Assembly: GCA_035549295.1 (NCBI GenBank)
Contig: DASZRG010000036.1
Location: 13,324-77,323, forward strand
Source: Patescibacteria group bacterium
GTDB lineage: Bacteria > Patescibacteriota > Microgenomatia > Levybacterales > GWA1-39-11
DNA length: 64,000 nt
Reading direction: 5' to 3'
Shown: positions 18,981 to 29,300 of the stretch, in pieces
How the letters are laid out: every line of letters begins with the position of its first letter
Position numbering within the stretch: the first letter of the stretch is position 1
The notes under the pieces: model-generated
The model's input: only the letters and a program-made list of their open reading frames with translations
Told to the model about the DNA's origin: nothing
Database searches by the model: none
Program-made: the position numbers and the translations under genes

Positions 18981-20225
18981 TTAGTTTACAATGACTTTAT
19001 CTATTTCGAATATACTTCCCACAGAATAATGGTCTGTGAAATTAATATCTTTTCCATTCGGTACATAGGGATCTCGCATAACATAATTTCCACCAGATCC
19101 GCTTTTAAGTACTACAAAATGAGTACCCCCGTAAGCATGCACACCAACTACAACTGGACTTCCATCGGATAATGTTGAGTCGATAGATGCACTAACTCTC
19201 TGAGCTGTTGCTCCATCTGCATGAATAGTATATAGAAGGTAGGCAGGATAGTAAGATGCGAAGTTATCAGAATTTGAATTTATAGATATTGGAGTTACAC
19301 CGCGATGTCCGTAGTGGGTCATAACCATCGCCATCGAAGTCACAAGACAACCATCAGATGCTATTGTATATTGAGTACCGTTAAGCGATAATCCTCCCCA
19401 CTGTGTATCACGCTGATTGTAATAACAACCCCAATCATCACAAGATGTTTGACCAGAAAGAAGGGATGCGCCACCCTGGCTTGATGTAAATCTTGAGAAT
19501 CCTGCAAGCTGGGCTTGCGCTTGTGCAAGAAGTTTTTGATAATTTGACTCACTACCCTGTGTCTGCGCAAGAAGCGTTTGCTTACTACTCTTTTCTTGAT
19601 CCAACTGATCTGTATAATCTGATAATTTTTTACTCAAAGCTTCTGCCTCTGTCTGTTTGTCTTCAAAAATTGCTTTTTGGTTGTTGTAATCATTTTTCGC
19701 CTGTTCCGCCGCATAAACCTGCTTTTTATCATATATCTGCACGATTCTCAGATATTTTAGGCGACTCAACACATCACCGATATTGTTGGCGGCGAGAAAA
19801 ATCTCCCATGGTGCGATACGACCTACTTGATAAACAGCTGCAATGCGTCCTATCAATACCTTTGTCGAGGAGTCAATATTAGACTGGAGATTTGTAACTT
19901 TTTTCTTTGTTATATCAATATCTTTTCCAAGATCGTCAATTTGTTCTTTTGTTGCATCTATCCGAAGCTCTGTTAGCTTTATTTGGTTATCCATAACACT
20001 TATCTGAGATGAGAAAGTCTTTTCTTGACCTTGTAAATCTGCTATTTTTGACTCGTAATCCTGAATTTGTTTTTGAAGATCAGCAATAGCTTGAGAATTA
20101 TTTGATGATGGGGTCGGCGTAGGAGTTGGGGTCGGGTCGTCGGCAAAAGCCGCACGATTTGAAACCGCAAACAGCATTAGTAAAATGACGCAAAATGCGA
20201 GCGCCAGTCGTTTGTGAATCCACAT
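18981..20225 (-). CDS. PcsB/CwlO-like coiled-coil cell-wall hydrolase with C39-like peptidase domain
   Basis: Signal peptide, long coiled coil, YYNQRD..W, GCLVTSMAM, HFVVL, DPY; follows ftsX. Confidence 0.78.
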   Translation of the reverse strand: MWIHKRLALAFCVILLMLFAVSNRAAFADDPTPTPTPTPSSNNSQAIADLQKQIQDYESKIADLQGQEKTFSSQISVMDNQIKLTELRIDATKEQIDDLGKDIDITKKKVTNLQSNIDSSTKVLIGRIAAVYQVGRIAPWEIFLAANNIGDVLSRLKYLRIVQIYDKKQVYAAEQAKNDYNNQKAIFEDKQTEAEALSKKLSDYTDQLDQEKSSKQTLLAQTQGSESNYQKLLAQAQAQLAGFSRFTSSQGGASLLSGQTSCDDWGCYYNQRDTQWGGLSLNGTQYTIASDGCLVTSMAMVMTHYGHRGVTPISINSNSDNFASYYPAYLLYTIHADGATAQRVSASIDSTLSDGSPVVVGVHAYGGTHFVVLKSGSGGNYVMRDPYVPNGKDINFTDHYSVGSIFEIDKVIVN

Positions 20226-21085
20226 TATTTCAAGTATCGAAGAACTGCCAAGTAACTTGCGAAGGCTCCAAGAGAGCACGCCGCAAGCATTTCTATCAAA
20301 ATCAATTCAAGAACAATTAGAGGCGATAAAGGAAATATTGGAACACCGCGCAAAAAGGACTCAAGAGCTGGCGAGAAGTAGTAGAAAATTCCTGCGGCAA
20401 AAAGGCCGCCAATAATAGATCCGATAAGTCCATACACTAAACCTTCGAGAAGAAATGGTGCGCGAATAAACCAGTTTGAAGCACCCAAAAGTCTCATGGT
20501 CTCAATTTCATCTCGACGAACAGTTATTTTAATACCTATTATAGTGATTATTACTAGTGTTGAAACCGTCACCAGAATCGCGATTACAGCAAGACCCACG
20601 CGGCGTGCAGCACCTGTCCAAGCGACAAGAGTATCAACGATATCTTTTTGAAATACTACTTGGTCAACATTTGGAGCCCCCTTGACGATTTGAGCAAGAC
20701 TTGATAGATCCTCTGCTTGATTTGCCTGAACTTCGATTGATGCGGGCAAAATGTCGGCTGTCACAAGATCAAGAAGTATTGGATCGCTTTTATTTTGCTG
20801 TTTGTAAATCTTTAGTGCGTCTTCTTTTGAAACGTATGAAATCGAAGACGTTTTTCCAGTATCGTTAAGCTGCTTCTCCAGAGTTTTGATATCGGCTGAC
20901 GATGCACTGTCTTTGAAGAACACTGTTAACTGAGGTCTTGATTCAAAATAAGATATAAATCTAATAGATACTATCGTCAATATCGCAAACACAGAAACTG
21001 CGAAAAAAGTAAGCCCCATAATAGCGGCTGCGGATAAAGCCTGGTACGGAGATCTTCTAATATATTTTGAAACAGTACTGACCAT
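20225..21085 (-). CDS. ftsX: Cell division permease FtsX
   Basis: YVSKEDAL, LPASIEV, RRDEIETMRLLGASNWFIRAPFLLEG. Confidence 0.93.
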   Translation of the reverse strand: MVSTVSKYIRRSPYQALSAAAIMGLTFFAVSVFAILTIVSIRFISYFESRPQLTVFFKDSASSADIKTLEKQLNDTGKTSSISYVSKEDALKIYKQQNKSDPILLDLVTADILPASIEVQANQAEDLSSLAQIVKGAPNVDQVVFQKDIVDTLVAWTGAARRVGLAVIAILVTVSTLVIITIIGIKITVRRDEIETMRLLGASNWFIRAPFLLEGLVYGLIGSIIGGLFAAGIFYYFSPALESFLRGVPIFPLSPLIVLELILIEMLAACSLGAFASYLAVLRYLK

Positions 21086-21086
21086 T

Positions 21087-21887
21087 TTATTTTTCTGCTA
21101 GCGTCTCAAGTTTTATTTTTGTGTCAGATCGTGCTTTTGGTGTTTCGCTCACCTTTTCTTCTTTTTTTTCGGGCGTGTGTTTTTCATGAGCTTTTTCCTT
21201 TTCGGCATGCTCATGAGGCTTGGCTTTTGCACGTCTATCCTCGACCACTTTTCCACTCTCAAGAACTATCACGCGATCCTCAGGATTTATCAGCTTATCA
21301 TTGTGGGTAGCCATAAAGATAGTGGTTCCTTTTTTATTAATGCTCTTTAGAAGATCAAGTATCTGAAACGATGTCTTCGAGTCAAGATTTCCTGTAGGCT
21401 CATCGGCAAGAATAATATCTGGATCAAAAATGAGAGCTCGCGCAATCGCTACTCTTTGGCGCTCTCCTCCTGATAACTGCGCTGGAAATTGGTCTTCTTT
21501 TCCACTCAAGCCGACCTCAGCTAAAAGTTCTTCTGCTTTTTTTCGTGCTTCTGGCTCACCCATGCCTGAGAACTCGAGTGGCAGCATGACGTTCTCAACA
21601 ACCGTTCTATCAAGCAGCAATTTTAAGTCTTGAAATATTACCCCAACTTTTCGTCGAAGCGTGGGAACTTTTTCTTTTGGCAAACTTGATAGATCAAGCT
21701 CTCCTAGAGTTATTTCGCCGTCTGATGGAAGAAGGTCTTTTATAATAAGGCGAAAAATTGTAGTTTTACCGGAGCCTGTTGGACCAATGAGATATGCAAA
21801 ACTACCTCTATCTATTATAAAGTTGATTTTATTAAGAACTGGGTCAGCTGACCCATACTGCTTGGTTACATCCTGGAAATTGATCAT
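21087..21887 (-). CDS. ftsE: Cell division ABC ATPase FtsE
   Basis: GPTGSGKTT, LRRKVGVIFQD, LSGGERQR, ADEPTGNLD; upstream of ftsX. Confidence 0.92.
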   Translation of the reverse strand: MINFQDVTKQYGSADPVLNKINFIIDRGSFAYLIGPTGSGKTTIFRLIIKDLLPSDGEITLGELDLSSLPKEKVPTLRRKVGVIFQDLKLLLDRTVVENVMLPLEFSGMGEPEARKKAEELLAEVGLSGKEDQFPAQLSGGERQRVAIARALIFDPDIILADEPTGNLDSKTSFQILDLLKSINKKGTTIFMATHNDKLINPEDRVIVLESGKVVEDRRAKAKPHEHAEKEKAHEKHTPEKKEEKVSETPKARSDTKIKLETLAEK

Positions 21888-21895
21888 TTGAGATT

Positions 21896-21952
21896 AACAT
21901 GTGACATTTGACATCTGACCCCGATATTATCGGGGTTAATTGTCAATTGTAA
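21896..21952. repeat. TGACA-type periodic repeat containing a CCCCGAT-att-ATCGGGG hairpin
   Basis: AACATGTGACATTTGACATCTGA-CCCCGATATTATCGGGG-TTAATTGTCAATTG. Confidence 0.65.
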
Positions 21953-22444
21953 TTATAATAACTGCAGGCGACCCACATCCATAAGCCAACCGGCTTTTTG
22001 GGCGGAATTTGTTTCACCCCAAACTTTGACTTTTTTTCCTACAAAAGTTGATAAATCAACTGATGACGAAGTCAAATAGACATTTTGAGAATCTCCCCCA
22101 GGTCGCTCCAAATGATACGCACCTTCACCATCAATTCCACCTACGCGAAGCGTTCCCTCAGCGCTATCTTTGAAATCTTTCGCATCCTGCGAGCCGTAGA
22201 TCTGGCCAGTTGTCGCTGTAGTCGTCTGAGTTTTACCATTGGGTCCGACAGTTGTAACCGTACTTGAGCCAACTGCTTTTGAAACCAAAAATCCGGTACC
22301 TATACCCAACAGGAGTAAAACGACAAAAAGGACAACTGGGGGTTTTTTGGAATTCATGCTGTGTAATTTTGGTTTTTCAGTGTTTGATTTATCAGGCTTG
22401 TTTGCCTCTGAAAAATCATGGATGATCTTGTCACCTTTCTCCAT
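21953..22444 (-). CDS. Hypothetical single-TM protein
   Basis: 163-aa ORF with TM and a conserved-looking C-terminal beta domain (AGWLMDVGR). Confidence 0.7.
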   Translation of the reverse strand: MEKGDKIIHDFSEANKPDKSNTEKPKLHSMNSKKPPVVLFVVLLLLGIGTGFLVSKAVGSSTVTTVGPNGKTQTTTATTGQIYGSQDAKDFKDSAEGTLRVGGIDGEGAYHLERPGGDSQNVYLTSSSVDLSTFVGKKVKVWGETNSAQKAGWLMDVGRLQLL

Positions 22445-22512
22445 AAACTAAGTAAAGCATATTCTCGAACTTTTGGCAAGCAAGGCTGGCGTTGAGTATT
22501 AAGTATTATGTA

Positions 22513-23259
22513 TTAAGTGGGTTGAGATGGAATATTAAATTTATGTAAAACTGTAGCCACATATGCTGCATGTCCCGCCACTCGTCTTTCTTGCTGATCA
22601 AATCTTGAATGAGGGGCTCTTATAGCCAGACCTAATGGTAATTCTGGCTCGAAAATTACTAAAGTCATGCCTTCACTTAGTGGGTACGCATATTTTGGTC
22701 GTTCATCGGCGCTAACCACACCCAAATTATCCGCCATATTTAAAACTGTTTTCCAAGCTAAAAGAGTGTCATCTGAAGTTGGCTCATAGGTTTGCCTGAG
22801 ATAGTCAGGAGCTTGATGATATGGATTTCCCAAATCATTTCTTATGGGCATACTGAGGATTGAGAGATTATTAATTGCACCAATAAAAAATTCCTCTCCA
22901 GCTATCTCATTATCTATTTCAAATTCGGTTGCTCCAAGCGCTAAGTTGAAGTTAATTTTCTTTTCTATATCGTTTAGGTCTATCTCTTCAGTCCAGGGAA
23001 GAAAATTTTTGTATGTCATTCTTACGGCATCTATACTAGGATCACCTTCAAAATGATCTATCAAGCCTTCATCTCTGGCAGTTGTTGCTAATGATGCCAA
23101 TAAATTCAATCCAGCAAATACAAATAACTGTCGGGGACGCAGATTCCTAGTAACACTTCCAAAACCTTGCCTTTTCGCCATTTTATATAGGTCAAATTTC
23201 TCCTGAATTGTTAAATCCGAGAAAGATTCCCATCCGGTTGAAAACTCATGTTCACTCAT
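22513..23259 (-). CDS. Hypothetical protein
   Basis: 248-aa ORF, TATAAT shortly upstream; no motif recognised. Confidence 0.65.
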   Translation of the reverse strand: MSEHEFSTGWESFSDLTIQEKFDLYKMAKRQGFGSVTRNLRPRQLFVFAGLNLLASLATTARDEGLIDHFEGDPSIDAVRMTYKNFLPWTEEIDLNDIEKKINFNLALGATEFEIDNEIAGEEFFIGAINNLSILSMPIRNDLGNPYHQAPDYLRQTYEPTSDDTLLAWKTVLNMADNLGVVSADERPKYAYPLSEGMTLVIFEPELPLGLAIRAPHSRFDQQERRVAGHAAYVATVLHKFNIPSQPT

Positions 23260-23306
23260 AAACTCATTATTATAAGATTAAATTTTGCAAAATCAATCTA
23301 AAAGGC

Positions 23307-23463
23307 GAGATTGCTTCTATGCACTTACCTAAGTGGAACTTAGCTTGTTGCTCGTAATAATGAAATATTTGTCACTGCGAGCCCGAAGGGCGTGGCAGGC
23401 TCGCAGGCGAGATTGCTTCGTTTCACTGCACTTCGCTTCGCTCGTTTGTTCACTCGCAATGAC
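23307..23463. repeat. GTCAT...ATGAC element cluster (TTGCG/GCAAT subtype): one degenerate arm and one two-arm element
   Basis: GAGATTGCTTC...CTCGTAATAA (23307-23360); GTCACTGCGAG...GAGATTGCTTCG...CTCGCAATGAC (23371-23463). Confidence 0.85.
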
Positions 23464-23471
23464 AAGGATTC

Positions 23472-23513
23472 TTAGATTACTTTTTCGAATTTGGTCTTGT
23501 CGTAAAAGTTGGA
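23472..23513 (-). pseudogene. Orphan diverged duplicate of the def 3' end
   Basis: Translates SNFYDKTKFEKVI* versus PNFYDIAKFEKII* at the end of the intact def. Confidence 0.75.
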
Positions 23514-23517
23514 ATTC

Positions 23518-23652
23518 GTCATTCTGAACCCCGATCCAATCGGGGAACCTTGTTTCAGAATCTCATACTTCGAGGTCCTGAATAACGAGCAATTTGTCAT
23601 GCTGAATTTATTTCAGCATCTCGTTGAGGTCCTGAAACAAGTTCAGGACGAC
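23518..23652. repeat. Compound GTCAT...GAC palindromic element (CTGA subtype)
   Basis: GTCATTCTGAACCCCGATCCAATCGGGGAACCTTGTTTCAGAATCTC...GTCATGCTGAATTTATTTCAGCATCTC...GAGGTCCTGAAACAAGTTCAGGACGAC; 68 bp identical to 33201-33268. Confidence 0.92.
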
Positions 23653-23659
23653 ATGATTT

Positions 23660-24283
23660 TTAAATTATTTTTTCGAATTTGGCGATGTCGTAGAAGTTGG
23701 GGTCGGATTCGAGAAATAGATCCGAAGGATTTTTTACTAGATCAATGTTAATTATTCCATCCATGTGATCCATCTCATGCTGAATCACTCGGTTCATCAT
23801 GCGATTTACATTAGACGTATCCTTCCCATTCCAAACTTGCACTACACCCTTCTCATCCAGATACTCAACCTCGACCCGAGCAGGACGAGCAACGGGGGCA
23901 ATAATAGGAAGAGCACTCATACACATTTCGGGGTAAATATACTTCTCTCCAGACGATTTTAGAACTCTTGGATTAATTATGACTCTGAATTCGTCAGAAA
24001 TGTACATAACAGAAATTCGCTCAGGAATACCAACCTGAACTCCGGTGATCCCTCGACCGTGACCAGTAATTCTGCGAAAATCCAATAGGCATTTTTTGAG
24101 ATAAGAAATTTTGGAATTTATCTCAACAGAACCAATCTTTTTCAGATCGACTTCGGGTGATGGACTGTGCAGCTCTTCATATTCACCTATCTGGTAAATA
24201 AATTGAGAAGTTTTTGCAGTTTCTTTAAATATTTTTGCTTTGTGGGCTGCAAACTTTGGTGGGGTCGGTTTCCAATTTTTCAT
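23660..24283 (-). CDS. def: Peptide deformylase (divergent)
   Basis: GRGITGVQVG, IINP, EMCMS, QHEMDHMDG. Confidence 0.85.
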   Translation of the reverse strand: MKNWKPTPPKFAAHKAKIFKETAKTSQFIYQIGEYEELHSPSPEVDLKKIGSVEINSKISYLKKCLLDFRRITGHGRGITGVQVGIPERISVMYISDEFRVIINPRVLKSSGEKYIYPEMCMSALPIIAPVARPARVEVEYLDEKGVVQVWNGKDTSNVNRMMNRVIQHEMDHMDGIINIDLVKNPSDLFLESDPNFYDIAKFEKII

Positions 24284-24748
24284 TTATTTCATTATCTTCT
24301 TAACTATCATTTGAGTATCTTGATGAGTATGTAACTTAATTACTTCTTCTCTCGTAAACCAACCTGCCTCGACTGATTCATGAGCGGCGGGTTGGATATC
24401 TTTTTCGTCGGCTTCGACACAATACATGAAATCTATATGAAAGTGAGGAGGTTCTTCTCTGTGAGGTGGAATCGGTTGCTCCATAATAAACATGGGCACC
24501 GGAAGAAATTTACCATCATGTCCCTGAGAAATTTCATCGGACAGAAAACTAATATCTACACCTGTCTCCTCGAAAGTTTCACGTATGACCGCTTCAATCG
24601 GGTTTTCAAATTTCTCAATATGACCTCCAGGCTGAAGCCATAAATTAAATTTCTTGTGCTTGATAAGCAACAATTTTTGAGGATTTGTTTTGGTCAAAAT
24701 CCATGCCGAGGCAGTGTAATGCTTCTCGCCTTCTTGTGTTTTTCTCAT
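24284..24748 (-). CDS. NUDIX hydrolase
   Basis: WLQPGGHIE..ENPIEAVIRETFEETG, HFHIDF; start moved to 24748. Confidence 0.88.
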   Translation of the reverse strand: MRKTQEGEKHYTASAWILTKTNPQKLLLIKHKKFNLWLQPGGHIEKFENPIEAVIRETFEETGVDISFLSDEISQGHDGKFLPVPMFIMEQPIPPHREEPPHFHIDFMYCVEADEKDIQPAAHESVEAGWFTREEVIKLHTHQDTQMIVKKIMK

Positions 24749-25005
24749 TTGAATGAAATTATTTGAAAGCCGTATTTTTTGATATCCTCCGGTTTCCAAA
24801 AAGGCATATCTTTTATTTTTCCAACGTACGTAACTTTCTTGACAACCTCACGGCCTGTATATTCATTTTTATCCTCATCCCATTCTTTTAAGATCAGAGT
24901 ATCGCCCTCACAACACTCAAAATCAGCAAGACGAAGATCATACGTTTTCTTACCTGACTTTATGAGTTCAAAATATTTCTTCCAAACCTTTTTCTCAATT
25001 CTCAT
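24745..25005 (-). CDS. ASCH/DUF3850 domain protein
   Basis: YFELIKSGKKTYDLR..DF...GDTLILKEW...YTGR. Confidence 0.85.
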   Translation of the reverse strand: MRIEKKVWKKYFELIKSGKKTYDLRLADFECCEGDTLILKEWDEDKNEYTGREVVKKVTYVGKIKDMPFWKPEDIKKYGFQIISFK

Positions 25006-25029
25006 ATTCTAGTCTCTAATATCTAGTAT

Positions 25030-26034
25030 CTAGTTACTAGCTTTCAATTCGGCGTCGATAAAAATGTCTATTTCACCATCGAGAACGGCTTCGGTATTGC
25101 TTGTTTCGGCACGCGTCCTGAGATCTTTTACCATTTGGTATGGATGCAAGACGTATGAACGAATCTGATTGCCCCAAGATGCGGGTTTGTAAACTCCCTT
25201 TAATTCTTTCTCTTGTTCGGCTGCTTTTTGCTGCTCAAGAGCCCAAAGCTTCGCTTTCAAGAGTTTCAATGCATACTCGCGATTTTGTCCCTGAAAGCGT
25301 TCAGTTTGACATGTTACGACAATACCAGTCGGTTTGTGTTTAAGCCTAACCGCAGATGAGACTTTCTGGACATTTTGCCCTCCATGAGATGAGGCGCGAT
25401 AAAAATCCCACTCCAAATCGTCTTCTTTTATTTCAGTATCCGTAGTTTCAATATCGGGAAGCACCTCAACTAAGGCAAAGGAGGTATGTCTCAAATTATC
25501 AGAATTAAAAGGCGATAATCTAACTAGGCGATGAGTACCTTGTTCACCCTTCATATATCCATAGACAAATTGGCCATCGACTGAAATTGTTGAACTTTTT
25601 ATACCAGCCTCTTCACCCTGTGTTTCATCGACTATTTCATACGACCAACCTTTTCTATCAAAAAATCGTAGATACATTCGCTTCAACATAGCGGCCCAGT
25701 CCATAGCATCGGCTCCTCCTTGACCAGCGTGAATTGTGACAAGCGCATTGTTTTTGTCATATGGTCCTGCCAAATAAAGATACATTTCCATATCACGCAA
25801 AAGCGTTTCGAGCCCAGTCGTGCTGTTTGAGTCGATATACTCCTGAAGCTTGGCTGCATCATCCACTTCTTTTTGTAGAAGTGCCATGAGTTTCATTTTG
25901 CGAGTAGCAGCTTGTGTATCTTTCCAAAAGTCAGGTCTCATGGACTCTGCTTCGATCTCTCGGATCTGAGTTTTTTTTGCTTCGATGTCGAGTTTGCCTA
26001 TCAAAATTTTGGCGCGCTCGATAAGATCGTTCAT
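25030..26034 (-). CDS. prfB: Peptide chain release factor 2 (continuous frame)
   Basis: SPF specificity motif, RHTSFA, GGQ, WGNQIRSYVLHPY. Confidence 0.95.
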   Translation of the reverse strand: MNDLIERAKILIGKLDIEAKKTQIREIEAESMRPDFWKDTQAATRKMKLMALLQKEVDDAAKLQEYIDSNSTTGLETLLRDMEMYLYLAGPYDKNNALVTIHAGQGGADAMDWAAMLKRMYLRFFDRKGWSYEIVDETQGEEAGIKSSTISVDGQFVYGYMKGEQGTHRLVRLSPFNSDNLRHTSFALVEVLPDIETTDTEIKEDDLEWDFYRASSHGGQNVQKVSSAVRLKHKPTGIVVTCQTERFQGQNREYALKLLKAKLWALEQQKAAEQEKELKGVYKPASWGNQIRSYVLHPYQMVKDLRTRAETSNTEAVLDGEIDIFIDAELKASN

Positions 26035-26368
26035 TTCAAATTGATTTTAACAGAAAAGATGGAATACGCATACTTTTGTTCAGTCAAAATTAACAAAACC
26101 AGGTTCTTTTCTGCCGAAAAAAGAACCAAAAGCTCTCACTCCAGTTTTGCTTCATGCTTTCGAGTTTCACTCACTCGTCGGGTGATTTCACCCCCTCCTC
26201 GATCCAAGTCGTTGCTTGGCCGAGGAATCCCCCTGACTTCGTTCGTTCAACTCTCAAGAATTCAGCAAAAGGGAGTGATCGTGTCGCTAAAAGAAAATTT
26301 TTCTCATACTACTTGCAATGTTTTCACACTTCTGGAATACTATTATTTATATATAGCGTTTTGCGCTT

Positions 26369-29300
26369 ATGAGTTTTATTAATCGATTTAAAGAAACGAA
26401 ATTTCTAGACCTTGAACACAAAATAGGTATTGCTGTTTTTGTACTCCTTACACTTGTCGCAATCCCCGTAACAGTTGTCAGCGTCAAAAAGACTCAAGAT
26501 GACCGCTCACATGCAGCTGAGCCCCAGAATAATTTGCAACTTGGATATTTCGACCCTTCATATTTTGGGGTCATGTCCTCAGTCGCTCACGTGGACAACG
26601 AAGTACTTGTCCGATACAACAATTCAGTAAATATCAAGACAAGAACTGGAGTTAACCCTTCAACGGACACGTTTCAGGTTGCCGACATAACTGGCGGGTT
26701 GCCAAACAATACTTTGAACAATCTAAAATCACTTTCAGTCGCATCAATTGAAAGCGCTTACAAAGAACCAACGGCTCAAAATACTCAGTGGGGGAAAACA
26801 TATATATCAAATACTTACCGTGTGAAGCTTAATCAAGGACAAGACCTGGTTGCAGCGATGAATAAGCTTTGCAGTGATGGGAAAGTCACAATGTACTGTG
26901 AGCCAAATTATAAATTTACTCCAGCAACAAATCCAAATGGAGGTCAAACTTCACCAACAAGTGGAAAAGTTCTTGCCGCAACAACTACCAATCAGTCACG
27001 ACCATCAGCGCTTATCGCAATCGTTGATACTCCACTGCCAGTCAACTACAACGATATTGCGAACGCTTTTGGCTTCTCCATATCAAACAGTCAAATACAA
27101 CCAGCAATTGAAGGCACGCGAGATGACAATTACAAATATCACGCAATCTTTGCAGCAGCAGCCGGATATGCTACCAACCCTGGAGTTAAATATATTTTTG
27201 AAGGCGCTTGCGGAACGACATGCTCCAATTCAAGTCTTGCACAAGGCATAATAGATGCAGTCAATAAAAATGCAAAAGTTATATATATAGGTGAAGCCAA
27301 CACTTTTCCAAAAGGCGTTGTCCCAATGAGTATCGCATCAGCCGTCGGATATGCCGTCGCAAACGGCGCAAAAGTTGTAGCCCCTATAGTCAACCCAAGC
27401 TCCCCAACAAGCATGAATTCTTTACCTAATACAACAAGTTTTATTGACAAAGTTCTAACATTCGCACACAAAATAACCGGCTTCCCACCTATCGCAGCCG
27501 CACAGGGACTTCTTCAACCAGTGCCTTCGAGTGTACAAAATTCAATTAATACATATGCACCAAAATCGTCATCTCAATTACAGAATGCTCTTAGCCAATA
27601 TGCAACCGGAAATACTGGTGCCGGAATAGCACAAAACAATCCAAATACAATTCTTATTAGTCCCCAAGATACTGGCATAATAACCCAACTCGTAAAAGCA
27701 GTAAATCCAAATGCATCGGCCCAGGATGTTCAGAATTTAATAAAAAACAGTCAAACGGCTGATGCAAATGGCAGAATTGATGCTTCCACAATTCTTCAAG
27801 AAGCCAGTCAACTCTCGAGTGCAAGTAACGGAACTAATACATCAAATAAGCAGACGTCCCCAGCCCCATCATCAGCTCCTACTCAAAATGCAAATGGGGC
27901 AAAGCCTAGCACCACAACCCCCCCTTGTACATCTCAACCAAGCTGCTCACCCGGCGTAAACGCTGTAACTGGAAATACTACTCAGGCGGCGACTGGAGCA
28001 ATAACAATGCCTCAAGCAATACAGTCAATCCAAACAAATTCTACTGGAGCCCTCCAACAGTTGGGCATCAACTCGTCACAGCTCCAGTCTGGAATCAATG
28101 GGAATTCTATAGCAACAGGAAATGGTGCAGCGGCTTACGGAATACTACTGTCTGCAAATCCCAAGCTAACCAACGCGCAAGCAAATGATATTATTGCAGC
28201 AAATACCAAAGTTCAGAACTGTGGTGGCGGTGGAAGCCAACCAGCTTGCGGTATTCAACTTGGTCAAGCTGTTCAGGATGCATTAGGTACAGCTTACAAT
28301 CCTCCTACCCTTCCCCCAACTGCACCTGCTGCCTCTACTTCCAATCCACCGAGCACTGACCCAATCATAACAGTACCGACAGCAGCTGCACAAACAGCTT
28401 ACCAAACCGCAGTAAACAACGGAGACAACTTAATTTGCCAAGCATGCGGTAAAAATGGCGAGGATTTAACTTTCAACCAAATGACCGGACAACCATATTA
28501 CACGGATGATGCACGAACTTGGTATCTAGCACAAATAGGCCTAACACCAACAGGAGCGAATGCAACATCTGCAACCGCAAACCCTGTCGTACAACCTATA
28601 GCAGCTGTTTCTGTTCCGCTGGGAAGCGCAGTAACTGGAAATCCTCCAGCTGCAGATTCTAATACACAACCACCAAAATCACAATCCTCTACCGCTCAGA
28701 GCGTAAGTGATCTTAATCAACTTGCAAGTGACATAGCTGCAGGTAAGTATGATAATTTAAGTGCAGTTCAGAAGGAAACAATGTTTGTAAATGCATTTAA
28801 TGCAAATAATATTGACGTAAAGGACTTAACACCAGCTCAAGCACAACAACTTCAAGCCGATCTCAACACATATCATGATCAAATCACATCAGCGCAAGAT
28901 GCACAGGCTTCATGTGTTGTAAATTGTAGTACGTACGACAGTAATGCTACTGACCAAGCATATCAAAATTGGAATTCTCTTTCTAACCAACTTACACAAA
29001 CTGGACTTACAGATCCATGTGCAGGGTTACCTGCAAATATGCCTTGTGGAGATGGTGGTAGTAGCAGTAATCTTACTCAAAATAGCTCAGGCGTAAGTAC
29101 ATGCGGAAGCGTTGAAGCAAAGCTAAGTGGAACATGCGATCAAGCAGCAAATGGAACAGTAAGTACTGCACCAACAGGGGACCAATTAAGATCTGGCTGC
29201 GTCAGAGTGGGAAGCGGAATCAGCAATGATTGTGTTGATACGTGGGTTGGAAATCAAGTAAATGGGCTAATAAATGGCATAGGCACACTTACGACTGATA

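Noticed and set aside
23307-23652. CRISPR array or integron attC array
   Set aside because: No constant repeat with regular unique spacers, no cas genes, no consistent RYYYAAC/GTTRRRY ends and no integrase in the window
23333-23751. ORFs 23333..23527 and 23509..23751
   Set aside because: Translations of palindromic repeats and def antisense; no independent coding evidence
25980-26034. Programmed +1 frameshift in prfB
   Set aside because: The equivalent site reads CTC GAC in frame with no CTT TGA; absence of the frameshift is common
26154-26372. 72-aa ORF in the prfB spacer
   Set aside because: Overlaps the stem-loop region and has no recognisable motif or start signal
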